The position numbers were made by a program, and so were the translations under genes. Below the pieces are notes generated by a model that was not told where the DNA came from, made no database searches, and saw only the letters and a list, made by a program, of their open reading frames with translations. From NCBI RefSeq assembly GCF_009914755.1, contig NC_060928.1: DNA of 64,000 nucleotides. The stretch is one strand, 5' to 3'. Positions 43,000 to 64,000 of this stretch are shown in pieces. This stretch comes from the human T2T-CHM13v2.0 reference genome, Homo sapiens. Numbering within the stretch: position 1 is the stretch's first letter; every line of letters begins with the position of its first letter.

Positions 43000-43412
43000 G
43001 ATCACTTTTTAACATGTTTGTGTCCTCTCTCAGCTTCAGCATGCTTTTGCTTCCCACAGTCAACACTCGTGACTTTTCTTTGACCAACTGTACTTCAGCT
43101 AATGGGGCAACTTTGCCTACACTCGCAGAGCCCTAGTACCTGAGAATGTAAGTTCTGGAGGTGGCATTTAACCAATGCCTGAGAGGTATGGGAATATGAA
43201 AGCCTAGCTCCATTACTTAGGTTTGGGGGAGTTCCCCTGGGAGAGCAGGATGAAGCTCCTACCCTTTGCAAAACTTTGCCTTAGATTTCACCCTTCCGTG
43301 TCCTACCCCCACCTTTCTCCATACCAGTCTCGCCTGGGGACACTTCCTTAATAAATCCCTGGCCTACAAATCCTAGTCTCAGTATCTGCTTCTGAGGACT
43401 TGGATTTAAGGA
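43000..43412 (+). mobile_element. LTR16-like ERVL LTR
   Basis: cacttccttaataaatccc...aaatcctagtctcagtatctgcttctgagga 3' end. Confidence 0.6.
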
Positions 43413-43563
43413 AAAAAAAACCCCTCCCACCCCCATCTCCCTGCCTTGCTAAAAAAGAAAAAATGTTCCTCCTTGTACTCACAAAATATCTTGGCCATAT
43501 ATCTCAGCGGTACACACAGCTCAGGAAGCACTCATCTGACACAGCTACATGCAACTCCACTGA

Positions 43564-44001
<438 letters not shown>

Positions 44002-44270
44002 TGTTGTCTTTAATCTTTTACCTACCTATTTTTGTCTTCCGCTAGTCCTCTGCCCATTCTGCCTGCCTCAGGCCAACTCTGTTTGATTCCCCACTTTCCG
44101 AACGAACCTCCATTTTCACGTGCCTACAGTTCTTTACATTGGAAAACAAATTTCTCTGCCCTGTTTAGAATAATCTTTTTAACCTAGTCATTCTCTTTTG
44201 GCAAGCTTTATTAATTCTTATGAGTTATTTATTTTTTGTCATTTTTCTTAATAAGATTATAGATATCTGA

Positions 44271-44603
<333 letters not shown>

Positions 44604-45189
44604 TGAAATCATTATATTATATATTTTTGTTTATTTGCTTATCCTCTAATGTCCCCACTAGAAGTTAAGCTCCAAAGAGTAGCACTTGGCTTATCATGTT
44701 ACCACTGCACCTGTGCCTAAAACAGGGCCCAGTGTTAGGTAATAACACTCAAATATTTGTTGAACAAATTGTGTGATATTTTCAAAAACATAATTTCAAG
44801 TTCAATTCTCTATTAGAATTCTTCCTTTGATTATTCAATATACCTATATATGTCTATCATGTTTGTGTAGGTATGCCTGTAACTTTTTTATTAAATAAAA
44901 AATATGAGGAAATGGACCACTAATCCATTGTGGTCATCTCTGAGGATAGAAAGTCTTCAGCAAATCAACTTTTATACCCAAAATACGTATGTGTATATAA
45001 TTACATTTTATCATCAATAATAATAGTAGAATCAAGACTGCCTACAAAACTACTAATAATTATGATTTTTTCTTGAGTCTCACACACAAATTCTCTGTCT
45101 TCAGTTCATGGACATCTTTCAACTTCCAAATATATTTGAAATGGAAGTGGAAATTTTAGAAAGAAAAGTAGAAATTTTGTAAGTAAATA

Positions 45190-46110
45190 ATATAATAATT
45201 GAAATAAAAAGCTAATTGCAACCAAGTGTTGGCAGAGATGTGGAGCAACTGGAACATTCCTACAGTACTGCAAGGAGTGTGAGATTGGTACAACCAGTTT
45301 GGAAAACTGCTTAACAGTGTCTACTAAAATTGAACATATGAATATCCTAAGACCCAAATTTCCATTTCTAGATATATACTCAACAGAAATTCATACATCT
45401 GTCCACCAAAAGACATATAGAAAAAGCATTTGCTACAGTTCTGTTCAGGATATCAAAAAATTGTAAGTAGCCCAACTGTCTGTCAACAGCAAATAGATAA
45501 GTAAATTGTGGAACATTTTAATAATGAAATATATTAATGAGAATGAACAAAGTAAACAAACGGCACTAAGTGCAACAACATGGCCGAATATCACAAACAC
45601 CACGTCAGGCAAAAGAGCCAAACACAAAAGCATTCATATTATATAACTCCGTTTATATATAGCTCAAAACAAAGCTATCATTTTAGAAGAAAAGACAGAG
45701 GTTATCCTTGAGGAGTAATGCTAGAATAGAACTTCTGGAGTGCTAATAATGTTCTCTTTCTTTATCCATATGCTGGCTATGTGAGTGTATTCACTCTTTG
45801 AAAAGTAGAACATGTAGACACATGGAGGGGAACAACACACACTGGGGCCTGTGGGAGGGGGTTGGGTGGGGGAGGGAAAGCATCAGGAAGAACAGCTAAC
45901 GGATGCTGGGCTTAATACCTAGGTGATGGGTTGCTCTGTGCTGCAAACCACCATGACACACGTTTACCTGTGTAACAAGCCTGCACATCCTGCACAGATA
46001 CCCTGGAACTTAAAATAAAAGTTGAAAAAAAAAGTAATTGAGTTGAACAATTATAATTGGACACTTTTCTGTACTCATGTTTATATTTAAATAACAATTT
46101 TACTTAAAGG
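45190..46110 (+). mobile_element. L1ME 3' fragment with nested L1PA 3' end (45809-46030)
   Basis: aagtgttggcagagatgtggagcaactggaac...; nested ggggagggaaagcatcaggaag...cttaaaataaaagttg. Confidence 0.75.
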
Positions 46111-46150
46111 AAAAAAAATTCAATAGGAGGTTTACAGAATAGCTTAGATT

Positions 46151-46354
46151 CAGTGGTATGCTGGTAAACTGGCTTTGAGAAAAAAAAAAAAATTAAAGCC
46201 CTGATTTGTAGTATTTGCAAAACACTATATTGTAATTATTCTCATCATGTTTGAGGTTAGATTATCAATGGTTTTACAACAAGTTCATGAAAGTCCTGAA
46301 TATTTAATAATCAGATCTCACAGGTTGGAATGAGGCAGTTCCAACACACCAATG
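46151..46354. mobile_element. MER63-like hAT MITE
   Basis: Imperfect TIRs cagtggtatgctgg / ccaacacaccaatg. Confidence 0.55.
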
Positions 46355-46507
46355 AGTCAACACTGATGGAAGAATTAACTCTAGAAATGCTTTTTACATT
46401 ACAGTTAACTCATGTTCTTTAAGTCTAGATATGCCTTTTGCCTTATAAAAATAAAATTACTATATTATAAAAGTTTCAATTTATAAAAATGATATATAGC
46501 CTAATAA

Positions 46508-46820
<313 letters not shown>

Positions 46821-46989
46821 ATTGCTTCAAAATATATAAAGCAATAATGGACAAAGCTACAAGGAAAAATGCATAAGTTTATTATCATAATGGGCTATTT
46901 GGACATATATTTCTCTGCAATTGATGGAAAGTCAATAAAATTCTATAAATAACAGTTGAATAATACTAAATTGAAAGTTTACCAACAGA

Positions 46990-47282
<293 letters not shown>

Positions 47283-47391
47283 TTATTAATGAGTATGTAG
47301 AACATTGATTCCACTTCTTCAGAATGCACATTCTTTTAGGAAAAAGTATATCTCAACAAATTTTAACTAACTGGTATCATATAAAAAAAAA

Positions 47392-47590
47392 ATCAGCAAA
47401 CTATGCTGTGTAGGCCAAACCCAGCTTGCCATCTGTTTTTATAGATAAAGTTTTATTGGAACAAGTCATGCCCGTGTGTTTATGCATTATCTGTGACTGG
47501 TTTTGCACTGCAGTGGCAGAGCTAAATAACAGCAACAGAGAAAATTATATGCTATTGGGATCTTTATTGAAAAATTTTGCCAACCCCTCG
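47392..47590. mobile_element. MER58A-like MITE
   Basis: cagcaaactatg...aaagttttattggaaca...ttgccaacccc. Confidence 0.75.
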
Positions 47591-47879
47591 ATATAGACTG
47601 TATTATTTGACCATAGCATAACAAAATAAAATAGTCCAAAAAAAGTTTGGAAACTTAAAAACACAATTGTATATAATACATAGGTCAAAGAAGAAATCAA
47701 AAGGGAAGTTGGAAAACAATAAAAGTTGAACAATAACAAAAATAATACAAAACTTGAAGAAAGCAACTACAGGAGTACTTGGAAATGCATATCCTTGTAG
47801 GATTTAATAGAAAACAGGGAGACTTAAGATTAATGAACTAAGCATCCAAATTCAAAAGTCAGGAAACTACAGGTTTAAC

Positions 47880-49503
<1,624 letters not shown>

Positions 49504-49654
49504 GTGTCTTAGTTCTCTTTTGCTGCATAACAAATTACTACAAATTTAACACTGTAAAACAAAATCCATTTATTATCTCATAGTTCTGTAGGTTAGAAGT
49601 CTGGCATTGCATGACTGGGTTCTCGACCTAGGCTCTCTTGAGGCTGAAAGCAAA

Positions 49655-51108
49655 AAGAAAACCAATCAAAACGCTACACTTTAACTTTGTTCCCCTGATT
49701 TTTAACTTTTTGTCATTTCTCTGTATGTATCATTGACTGTCCATGTCTTGAAAGGTTGTTGTAGTTATTATTTTTGATTTGCTCATTGTTTAGTCTTTCT
49801 ACTTGAGTAGTTTACACACCACAATTACAGGGTTATGACATTCTGTGCTTTTCTGTGTACTTACTATTCCTAGTGAGTTTTGTATCTTCCGATGATTTCT
49901 TATTGCTCATTAATGTCCTTTTCTTTCAGGTTGAAGAATGCCAATTAGTATTTCTTGTAGGACAGGTCTGGTGTTGATGAAATCTCGCAGCTTTTGTTTG
50001 TCTGGGAAAATGCTTATTTCTCCTTCATACTTGAAGGATGTTTTTGCCAGACATACTCTTCCAGGGTAAAAGTCTTTTCCCTTCAGTACTTTAAATATAT
50101 GATGCCACTCTCTCCTGGCCTGTAAGGTTTCCACTGAAGAGTCTGCTGCCAGATGTATTGAAGCCCCATTGTATGTTATTTGTTTCTTTTCTCTTGCTGC
50201 TTTTAGGATCTTTTCTTTATACTTGATCTTTGGGAGTTTGATAATTACATGCCTTGAGGTAGTCCTCTTTGGGTTAAACCTGCTTGTGTTCTATAACCTT
50301 CTTGTACTTGAATATTGATACTTTGTCTAGGTTTGGGAAGTACTCTGGTGTTATCTTTTTGAATAAACTTTCTACCCTTATCTTTTTTTCTACCTCTTCT
50401 TTAAGGCCAATAACTCTTAGATTTGCCCTTTTGCGGCTATTGTCTAGATCTTGTAGGCATGCTTCATTCTTTTTCATTCTTATTTCTTTTGTCTCTTCTG
50501 GTTGTATTTTTAAACAGCCTGTCTTCAAGCTCACTGCTTGTTTCTTCTGCTTGATCAATTCTGCTTTTGAGAGACTGGTGCATTCTTCAGTATGTCAATT
50601 GCATTTCTCAACTCCAGAATTTCTGCTTGATTCTTTTTAATTATATCAATCTCTTTGTTAAATTTCTTTGATAGAATTCTGAATATCTTCTCTGTGTTAT
50701 CTTGAATTTTTTTTGAGTTTTCTCAACACAGCTATTTTCAATTCTCTGTTTGAAAGATCACATATCTCTGTCTCTCCAGGATTGGCCCCTGGTGCTTTGT
50801 TTAGTTTATTTGGTGAGATCATGTTTTCCTGGACGGTCTTGATGCTTGCGGATGTTTGTTGGTGTCTGGGCATTGAAGAGTTAGGTATTTATTGTAGTTT
50901 TCACAATCTGGGCTTGTTTGTGCCCGTTCTTCTTAGGAAGGCTTTCCATATATTCCAAAGGACTTGGGCTCCAAGCCCAATAATGCTGTGGTTCTTGCAG
51001 ATTCATAGTGGTACCGCTTGGTGGTCTTGAATAAGATCCAGAAGAACTCTCTGGATTCCTTAATGTTCTCTTCCCTTACTTTCTTCCAAACAAATGGAGT
51101 GTCTTGAG
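49655..51108 (-). mobile_element. L1M 5'/ORF1 fragment
   Basis: ETLQARREWHHIFKVLK, KRANLRVIGLKEEVEK. Confidence 0.85.
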
Positions 51109-51109
51109 T

Positions 51110-52295
51110 AATACCCCATATGCACAGGTAACCAAATAAAGAATGGACAAATGGAATCACAGCAAGTTAAAAAGCTTCTGCACAGCAAAGGAAACAATTA
51201 ACAAAGTGAAGAGAAAACCCACAGAATGGGAGAAAACATCTGCAAACTTTCCATCTAACAAGTGATTAATAACCAGAATATATAAGGAAGACAAACAACT
51301 CTATAGGAAAATAATCCAATTAAAATGGGCACAAGCTCTAAATAGACATTTCTGAAAAGAAGACATACGAATGGCAAACAGGTATATGAAAAGGTGCTCA
51401 ACATCATTGATTACCAGAAAAACAAAAATCAAAATTATAATGAGATATCATTTTACCCCAGTTAAAATGGTTTTTATCCAATAGACAGGCAATACCAAAT
51501 GCTGGCAAGGATATGGAAAAAAGGGAACCCTTATACGCTGTTGGTGGGAAAGTAAATTAATACAATCACTATGGAAAACAGTTTGGAGTTTCCTCAGAAA
51601 ACTAAAAATAGAGCTACCATATGATCCAGCAATCTCTCTGCTTGGCATATACCCAAAGGAAAGGAAATCAGTCTGTCAAAAGGATATCTGCATGCCCATG
51701 TTTGTTGGAACACTGTTCAGAAGAGCCAAGATTTGTCAGCAATCTAGTGTCCATCAACAGATGAATGAATCAAGAAAATGTGGCACATAGACACGATGGA
51801 GTACTATTCCAACATAAAAAAGAACGAGATCCTGTCAGTTGCAACAACATGGATAAAACTGGGGATCATCATAAGCCAGGCACAGACAGACAAACTTCGT
51901 ATGTTCTCACTTATTTGTGGGAGCTAAAATTAAACAATTTCAATTAATTAGTTATTTTAACTAAAACAACTGAATTCATGGAGATAGAGAGTAGAAGGGT
52001 GGCTAACAGAGGCTGGGAAGGGGAGTGGGGGTGGGGGTGGTTGAGGGGGAAACGTGGATGGTTAACAGGTAGAAAAATATAGTTAGAGTGAATAAAATGT
52101 AGCATTTGATAGCACAGCAGGGTGACTACAGTGATTCTTTATAACACAAAGAAAGAATGAATGCTTGAGGTGATGGATACCTATTTATTCTGATGTGATT
52201 ATTACACACTGCCTGCTTGTATCAAAATATCTCTTGGACCCTGTAAAAATATGCACATACTATGTACCCGCAAAAGTTAAAAATTTAAAAAATCA
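51110..52295 (+). mobile_element. L1MA 3' fragment (ORF2 end and 3'UTR)
   Basis: aaaagcttctgcacagcaaaggaaac...tactatgtacccgcaaaagttaaaaat. Confidence 0.88.
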
Positions 52296-52353
52296 AAAGG
52301 AAAAAATGGAAGGATAAAAAGTTAAAGATATGCCAGTTAAGTCACTAGTTAAA

Positions 52354-53078
<725 letters not shown>

Positions 53079-53428
53079 ATGTAATTTTGAAATCTAGCTG
53101 AGCAAATTTTAGCTGAAGTTCCTTGATTGGGCTTCATGGACTGGGAATAATCATCCACATCCCTGCCATACAGGCTCTCAGCTCCTGCTGACGCACTCTG
53201 GGTTTCACCCTATGAGTCATTATTTTACAGCTGAGCAGTTTTATCAGACTGCTTTCTGTCTGTAGAATTTGTGATATCTGATATTCTTCTTTCATTTTGT
53301 ACACACTCTGTCCCCTTTGGTCCAAGCTGTAAGTGTTTCTGCTGGTATGAAATTCTCAAGAACCATATGGGTCTTGAGTTGATTTATTCCATTCAAAGAA
53401 CTAAACCCACAGATCTTTTGGATATAAT

Positions 53429-53743
53429 CTTTTTTTTTTTTGAGACAGTGTCTCGCTGTGTCACCAAGGCTAGTGTGCAGTGGTATGGCCATAGCTCACT
53501 GCAACCTTGATCTGCAGGCTCAAGCAAGCCTCCTGCCTCAGTTTCCCAGGCAGCTGAGACCACAGACATGTACCACCATGCCCAGCTTTTTATTTTATTT
53601 TGATTTTTATTTTTTATTTTTTTTTGTAGAAATGAAGTCTCCCTATATTGGCCAGACTGGTCTTGAACTACTGGGCTCAAGTGATCCTTCCATCTGGGCA
53701 TCCCAAATTGGTGGGATTACAGGCTTGAGCCACTGCGCCCAGC
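53429..53743 (-). mobile_element. Alu (AluJ-like)
   Basis: Antisense Alu. Confidence 0.9.
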
Positions 53744-54050
53744 TAATCCTTTTTCTATATTTTGTTTCTACTATGACGGCTGAGGGACAATGCTCTTAGG
53801 CTTTCTAGAAGACTTCCAGTTTGATTGAGAACTATGAGGCACACTGTTAATCTCTTGTGAATAAATACTTTGCCATTTTGATCAGTCCAAGGTTCCAGCA
53901 AAGAGTTGTAAAGTCACATTTTTGGCATTTATTTTTCTATGCCATGCTTTCAAGAGACATTTCTAAATTTTAGTGTCTTTTGCAATCTGGATAGGCCCCA
54001 GAATTTTCTAAATCTAGTCCTATTTTCTTTTTATGTAACAATTCTTCCCT

Positions 54051-54388
<338 letters not shown>

Positions 54389-55231
54389 TCACATTTTACT
54401 ATAAGCAGCAAGAAGAAATCAGAAAACACCTTCACTGCTTGGCTTGGAAATTACCTCAGGTAAATATTTAAATTTATTACTTATGAGTTCTGTACTCCAA
54501 CATCACTGTAGGACATAATTTTGCTAAAAATTCTGCTAACATATAACAAGAATCTTCCTTCCTCCTGTTTCAATAATATGCTCCTCACTTTTTTTCTAAA
54601 TCCTCACCAGAAGCATTCTTAATGTCCAGATTTCTATTAATAGTTTGCTCATGATGATGGAGGCTTTCTCTAAGGCAGTTTAGGATTTCTCTATAATCTT
54701 CCTCATATTGTTCTGAGTTCCCAACAGCAATATTTTTAACATGAATATTTCTATTAACAGTCTTCTTCTATTCAAGGCAGTCTAGGCTTTTACTACCATG
54801 CTCCTCAGAATTTTTACAGCCTCCACCCACTGTCTGATTTCAAAACCAATTCCACATTTTTAGACATTTGTTGTGTCAGCACGTAATTCCAGGTACCAAA
54901 ATCTATACTCATCTTTTTAACTGCTATGTAACAAAATAACCAGAAAATTAGTGGCTTAAAACAACACTCATTTATCATTTCACAGTTATGTAGGTCAAAA
55001 GTCCAAAATCACCAATAGGTCTGTGTTTCTTCTGGAGGCTCTAGAGGCCATTTGTTTCCTTTTCCAGCTTCCAGAGGCTGCCGGTATTTATTAGCTCTTG
55101 GCCCTGAATCTATTAAAATATAATATGACTTTCTTGTTGTTTTCTACCAAGATGGTTTATTATTCTTTTTATATATGGCTGGATTTGATTTGCTAAAATA
55201 TGGTTAAAAATTATTGCAATGATGTCTGTAG

Positions 55232-55530
<299 letters not shown>

Positions 55531-56816
55531 CAGTTTTCTTTCTTTTTAATTTTTTTTTCTTTTTTTTTTGGTATCAGGGTACTACTGTTCTCATAAAAGT
55601 AGTTGGTAAGTGTGTCCTCTTCTTTAACATGTTCTGCAGAGATTAAAGAAGATCCTAACCTCTTATCTTTCAGTGACCTTGAGGGTCTGTCAAGTAGGAA
55701 ATAAAGGTGACGGCAGGGTTGTCCACTGCCTGGCTGAGTGGTGAAGTCATACCCCAATATGCATCTAGAGCCCTAGGCAAAGACTGGGAGACTGATTAGC
55801 TCTAGGTGTTTAAGAAAATCTGTTCGTTATTAGCTGACCACTAGGCTAACCATGCAAAAAAACCAGTGGCCATACATGAAAATGAATATACCCTTTACAG
55901 AGTTAGTTCAGAAAAGTCACTGAACAAACAGCAACAACACCAAACCACGGGGAGAGAGAAGAATCTGAGTTCCAGAGATACCACATTATATTATTTTAAA
56001 TGTCCTGTTTTTGACAAAAAATTATGAGACAACAAAAAAAGAAAGTATGGTCCCTATGATGGGAAAAAAGAAATCAACCAATGAAAACCCAAGGAAGCCA
56101 AGACATTGGACTTACTAGACAAAGACTTTATATCAGTGAACTGAAGGCAGCCATGTGTAAAAAGCTAAAGGAAAATAGGAAAATTCTGGTTATTTAAATA
56201 GAGACTGTAAATAAACTGATAGAAATTATTTTAAAAAGAACTAAATAGAAACTCTTCCATTGAAAAGTAAAATAACTAAAATGATAAACTCACTAGAGAG
56301 TCTCACCAGATTTGAGCAGGAAGAATAAAGAAATAGAACATTTGGAAATTGGTAAATTGTTTATTCAGTATTTTTAACTGAAAAAAAAATGAAGGAAAAA
56401 GTGAACAGAGCCTCAGAGACCCATGGGACAACATACACATAACAAGAGTCTCAGAAGGAAAAGAGAAAGAAAAGGAGGCAAAAGAGTTTTAAAAACATAA
56501 TGGCCAAAAACTTCTCATTTGATGAAAATTATTAATCTATCCATCCAAGAATCCTAATGAACTCCAAGTAGGATAAAATCAAGTCAGTCCACACTGACAC
56601 ACATCGTAAGTAAATTTTTGAGAACTAAAGACAAAGAAATAATCTTTAAAGCAGCAGGGGAGAAGTGATTCATCACATATAAATAATCTCAATAAGATTA
56701 ACAGTTGATTCTTACAAAAGAAATTATGGAGGCCAGAATGCAGTGGTATGACATTAAAATACTGAAAGAAAAATACTGCTAACCAAGAATTCTGTATCTG
56801 GCAAAACCATCCTTCA

Positions 56817-57017
56817 GGCCAGGTGCAGTGGCTCGCGCCTGTAATTTCAGCACTTTGAGAGGCCGAGGTGGGCAGATGACTTGAGACCAGGAGTTCGAGA
56901 CCAGCCTGGCCAACATGGTGAAACCACATCTTTACTAAAAATACAAAATTTAGCCAGGCTTGGTGGTGTATGCCTGTAATCCCCACTTCTCAGGTGGCTG
57001 AGGCATGAGAATCACTC
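56817..57017 (+). mobile_element. Alu, 3'-truncated
   Basis: Ends abruptly at gagaatcact without tail. Confidence 0.9.
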
Positions 57018-57388
57018 CAGAGGAAATTACATAGGTAAATATAAAAGACAGTATAAATGTATTTGTTGGTTGTAACTTTTATATAACTACCTTACTAAAA
57101 TGATAACTGTATAAAATAACAATTCTAAATATGTGTTGATGGGCATACCACATATAAATACGTAATTGTATGATAATAACACACAAAGGAAGGGGGGAGA
57201 AATAAAGCTATTTTGGAACAGTCTTTGTATACTTTTGCAATTATGTTGCTACTCATCCAAACTAGATTTTTATAAATTAAAATGTTAATTGCAATCCCTA
57301 GGACTACAACTAGGAATATAAGTCAAAAATATATAATAAAAAGAAATGACAAGGGAATTAAAGCAGTGTATTAGAAAATCTCTCTTTA

Positions 57389-57769
<381 letters not shown>

Positions 57770-58077
57770 TTAGAAATTTTATTCATGCAGAAACCTACAT
57801 ATGAACATTTGTAGAAATTTTATTCATAATTGCTTAAACTTAGAAAAAACTAGAAGGTCTTTCAGCAAGTGAATGGATAAACAAATCATGGTACATTCAT
57901 ACAACAGAATATTATTCAGTGCTAAAAAGAAATGAGCTATTGAGCTATTATCACATACTTTACCTTTATCCCCATTCTTTGAGAACTACATTCTTACATA
58001 TATTAGACCACCTAAAGCTGTCCCACAGCTCACTGATGCTCTGTTCTTTTCTCATTTTAAAAAAATCTCTGTGTTTT

Positions 58078-58439
<362 letters not shown>

Positions 58440-59336
58440 TCAAGTTCACTGAACTTTTGCAATAGCTGATTTTCTACTAATTCTATCCACTATATTTTCC
58501 ATATCAGATACTATATTTTTTATTCCTAACAGTTTAAGATCTTTTTAATATTTTCCATAAAATTTCTTAACATACTTACATTATCTTCTTTCCTTGAATT
58601 TGTGGAGTATATTTATAATAATTGCTGTAATGTCTGTGTCTCCTAGTGATATTATTTGCATCACTTCCGAGCCATTTTCCATTGATTGATTTTTCTCCCT
58701 ATTATGGTTTGTATTTTTCTGCTTCTTTGCATACTTTGTACTTTTCAATTAGACATTGTAATTTGTTTACCTTGTTGGTTGCTAATGTTTTTTGTATTCC
58801 TTAACTATCCGTGAGCTTTGTATGGGATGTAGTAAAATTGTTTATAAATATTTTGATCCTTTTGAGGCTTACTTTCAAGTTGGTCCTGTTATGAAGGATC
58901 AAAACAGCCTTTAGGCAGAATTTTTCACTGCTACTGAGGCAATACACTTCTGAGCGCTCTACCCAATGCCTTGTGCATTATTAGGTTTTTTCACTCTAGC
59001 TGGTGGGAACATTAACTCTTCCTGGCTTTCTTTGTTCCAGAGGTAGTTCTGCCCACTCCTTTCCAGTAGTTCTTTCCCCATAGTTTCGTTACACACACAC
59101 ACTAACCAAGACTAACATGAACAGTTGAGGAAAACCTGCGGATATCAGGTGCTCTCTGTGCAGCTCGCTCTTTTATCTGCAGTACTTTCTCCTACGTACT
59201 ATTTTATTCTATGTGATTTTGTCATCTTGGTGTCCTCAAATTCTCAACTCTGCCTCATCCTAGTGAGAAGAGCATGGTCTGAGTTGCTCCTCCCTACAGT
59301 GCATCCTTTTAATTTTTTTCCAGGCAGTACACTAAG

Positions 59337-59718
59337 TATATTAGTCCATTAGCATACTGCTATAACAAAATACCCGAGACTGGGTAATTTATAAAGAAAC
59401 AAGGTTTAATGGGCTCACTGTTCCACAGGCTGTACAGGAAGTATGGGTGGGGAGGCCTCAGGAAACTTTCAGTCATGGCGGACGGTGAAGGAGAAGCAGG
59501 CACCTCCTACATGGCGGGAATGGGAGGAAGAGAGAGAGGGGGAAGTGTTACACACTTAAATAGCCAGATGGCGTGAGAACTCTATCATGAGAACTGCACC
59601 AAAGGGGAAAATCCACCTCTGTGATCCAATCGCCTCCCACCCAGCCATCTTAATTCTAACACTGGGGATTACAATTTGACATGAAATTAGGGTGGGAACA
59701 CAAATCCAAACCATATCA
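59337..59718 (-). mobile_element. MSTA/B-like solo LTR
   Basis: tatattagtccatt...gagactgggtaatttataaag...ccaaaccatatca; flanked by ctaag. Confidence 0.88.
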
Positions 59719-60110
59719 CTAAGCAATGCTAAGGTTCACCTAATTTGATTCCCTTCACTAAGAGATCCTTGTTCTATGCGGCCTTGTGTCCAAAACTATA
59801 TTTTGTGGGTTTTTTCTTTTTCTTTTTCTTTTTTTTTTTTAGTTGTTTAAGGTAGGCAGGTGTAACGGTTAATTATATGTATCTACCTGAAGGATGTTTT
59901 TGGAGGAGATTAACATTTAAATCAGTGAACTTGGATGGGCCTCATCCAATCAGTTAAAGGCCTGAATATAACAAAAAGACTAGCCTCCCTGAGCAAAAGA
60001 TAAAATTTCCAGCCAGCTGCTTTGGACATTATCTGCATCATTGGCTTCCCTGGGTCTCTAGGTTGCCAGCCTTCAGACTAGAATCACACCACCAGCTCTC
60101 CTGAGTCTTA

Positions 60111-60590
<480 letters not shown>

Positions 60591-60597
60591 TTAATAA

Positions 60598-61532
<935 letters not shown>

Positions 61533-61840
61533 TCAATTATTGCTGAAAGAATATTTTATTTGTATATATAAAAAAAGTGTTACATGATAACCAAAAATCC
61601 ATTTTATACGAATTAAGTACTTTAATTAAATCTTTTAGAAAATAATGTTGAAGACTTTCATAACCTCTGCCTAAAAATTCATCTCAAACCAGGCCCCAAA
61701 AGTACAAATCATAAAATTACTATATTTTAAAAAGTAAAAATCAACCCCAAAATTCATAGGATATATATGCAGTACACATAGCAGTCAAAGATTAATATTC
61801 TGAAAATATTTACTCATTAAAATCAACAAGATAAATAACT

Positions 61841-62298
<458 letters not shown>

Positions 62299-62299
62299 T

Positions 62300-63640
62300 A
62301 AAAAAAAATAAGTAAGATACTTTAACAGACACTTGCCAGAAGACAAAACCTAACTGGCCAGTGAAAATATCAAAATATGTTCAGCCTCATTAGCAATTAG
62401 GAAAATTCAAATGGAAACACTATGGAATATAATTTTATACCCATGAGACTGACAATAATTTAAAAAGACTGACAATAAGGATTGATACGTGGTACAAAAG
62501 GAAATACTACTACTCATAAATGCATGAATTCGGACAATAACTTTGAAATACAAGTTGGCATTTCTTTGTAAAATTGAATCATTCTTATAACATAATAGTT
62601 CTATTCTTAGGAGGAGGAATTCTTGACACATGTATGCATCAGCAGCCATGTAAAAGAGCATCATTGTTTGTAAAAGGAAAAAAACAACAACTGAAAAATA
62701 TTCCAGAAGTCCATTGATAGGATAGTGGGAAACTAAACTGTGATGTATTTGTGTATCTGAATACAGTCATGTGTGGCTTAACAACAGGGATATGTTCTGA
62801 GAAATGAGTTAGACAATTTCGTCATTGTGTGCACATATCATAAAGTGTACTTACACAAACCTAGATGGTATAGCCTACTACACACCTAGGTTATGGAATA
62901 TAGCCCATTACTCCTAGGCTACAAACCTCTATAGCATGTTACTATACTCAATACTGTAGGTAACTGTAACACAATGGTAAGCATTTGCGTATCTAAACAC
63001 AGAAAAGGTACAGTAAAAATATGATACAAAAGATAAAAAATGGTATGGCTGTGTAAAGCACTTACCATGAATGGAGCTTGCAGGAAGTTGCTCTGGGTGA
63101 GTGGTGAGTGAATGGGAAGGCCTAGGACATTACTGTACACTTAGGCTATATTTAATTTATTTAAAAATATAGTAATTGCACTAGAATGTTATCATGGCTA
63201 CAACATCACTAGACAATAGGCATTTTTTTCAGCTGCATTGTACACTGTTGTGCATGTGGTCCATTGTTGACTGAAGCATCCTTATGTGGCACATGGCTGT
63301 ACTTTTCAACAGATAAAATAAGGAAACTACAACTACTTTCATCAACATGAATGAATCATGAATATAATGGTAAAATTTAAAAAGCAAATTATAGGAGAAT
63401 AATACATTGACATTGTTTAGACAACATTCAAAGACAAGCAAACTATACAATATATATTTTATATATAAATACATGAGTAACATGTCCAAAGGATAATAAA
63501 ACTCAGGAGGGCGATTATCTTTGGGGAGAATGTAGAGAATGTGATTAGGGAAGTGAAAAAAGGGTTTAGTGATAATGACAACATTTTGTTTCTTAAGCTG
63601 GTATATGGGTGTTTATTATTATGCTTTATAAATTATAAGT
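62300..63640 (+). mobile_element. L1ME 3' fragments interrupted by Tigger3
   Basis: atgttcagcctcattagcaattagggaaa...; ttttgtttcttaagctg. Confidence 0.65.
62764..63299. mobile_element. Tigger3-family (TcMar) non-autonomous element
   Basis: TIRs cagtcatgtg / cacatggctg, TA target duplication, aacctagatggtatagcctactacacacctagg. Confidence 0.88.
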
Positions 63641-64000
63641 TATATACATTCCATAGTTACCAGGGGTTTCATAAATTTTTAGAAAGCTGATTAAGGTAAA
63701 TCACTGGACTTTCTTGCTAATATAAATGTATCTGGTATCTGTGGCTCCAAACCAGAATATAGTTCTAACCAACTTCAAATGAATTAGACTTACAGAACTA
63801 CACATTCTAGAGATGTGACCTGTGAATATCGAAGCATCCATTGTTCTTAACTCACGTCAAGCAGGAGAGTACTGAGATGGATGACATGTTTGTGAGCTTA
63901 TTTGTGGACCCTCTCCAAGATGTTAATTCTCTTAGTTGATACTTTAACAATCTGTACTATCCACAATGGTTTTAAATAGAATAATATATTTACCAAGAAG

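Overview
Primate (human-like) genomic DNA, almost entirely transposon-derived. I cannot support any host protein-coding exon, RNA gene or CRISPR array. Main structures: (1) a HERV-L provirus with two MLT2A1-type LTRs (6252-17343, +). It has a 5-bp TSD, a tRNA-Leu PBS, a gag-pro deletion, decayed pol and dUTPase, and a ~5.7-kb L1PA (about L1PA5) inserted in pol. (2) A much older two-LTR LTR40/HERVL40-type provirus (25704-34011, -) that retains a tRNA-Ser-like PBS, protease/RT/integrase motifs and a recognisable gamma-type env remnant. (3) A fragmented MaLR (MLT1) provirus at ~49.5-55.1 kb. (4) Solo LTRs (LTR10F-like with AP-1 repeat, MER4, MST, THE1, LTR16, LTR33, MLT2), ~30 Alus, old L1/L2/MIR fragments and DNA-transposon MITEs. 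All long ORFs are decayed TE ORFs or Alu/low-complexity artefacts. I found no evidence of a new functional system. The most notable observations are the env-bearing class III ERV, an L1 truncated exactly at its ORF0 start codon, and a local templated insertion. Family names come from recalled consensus sequences, not from a database search, and most element boundaries are approximate.
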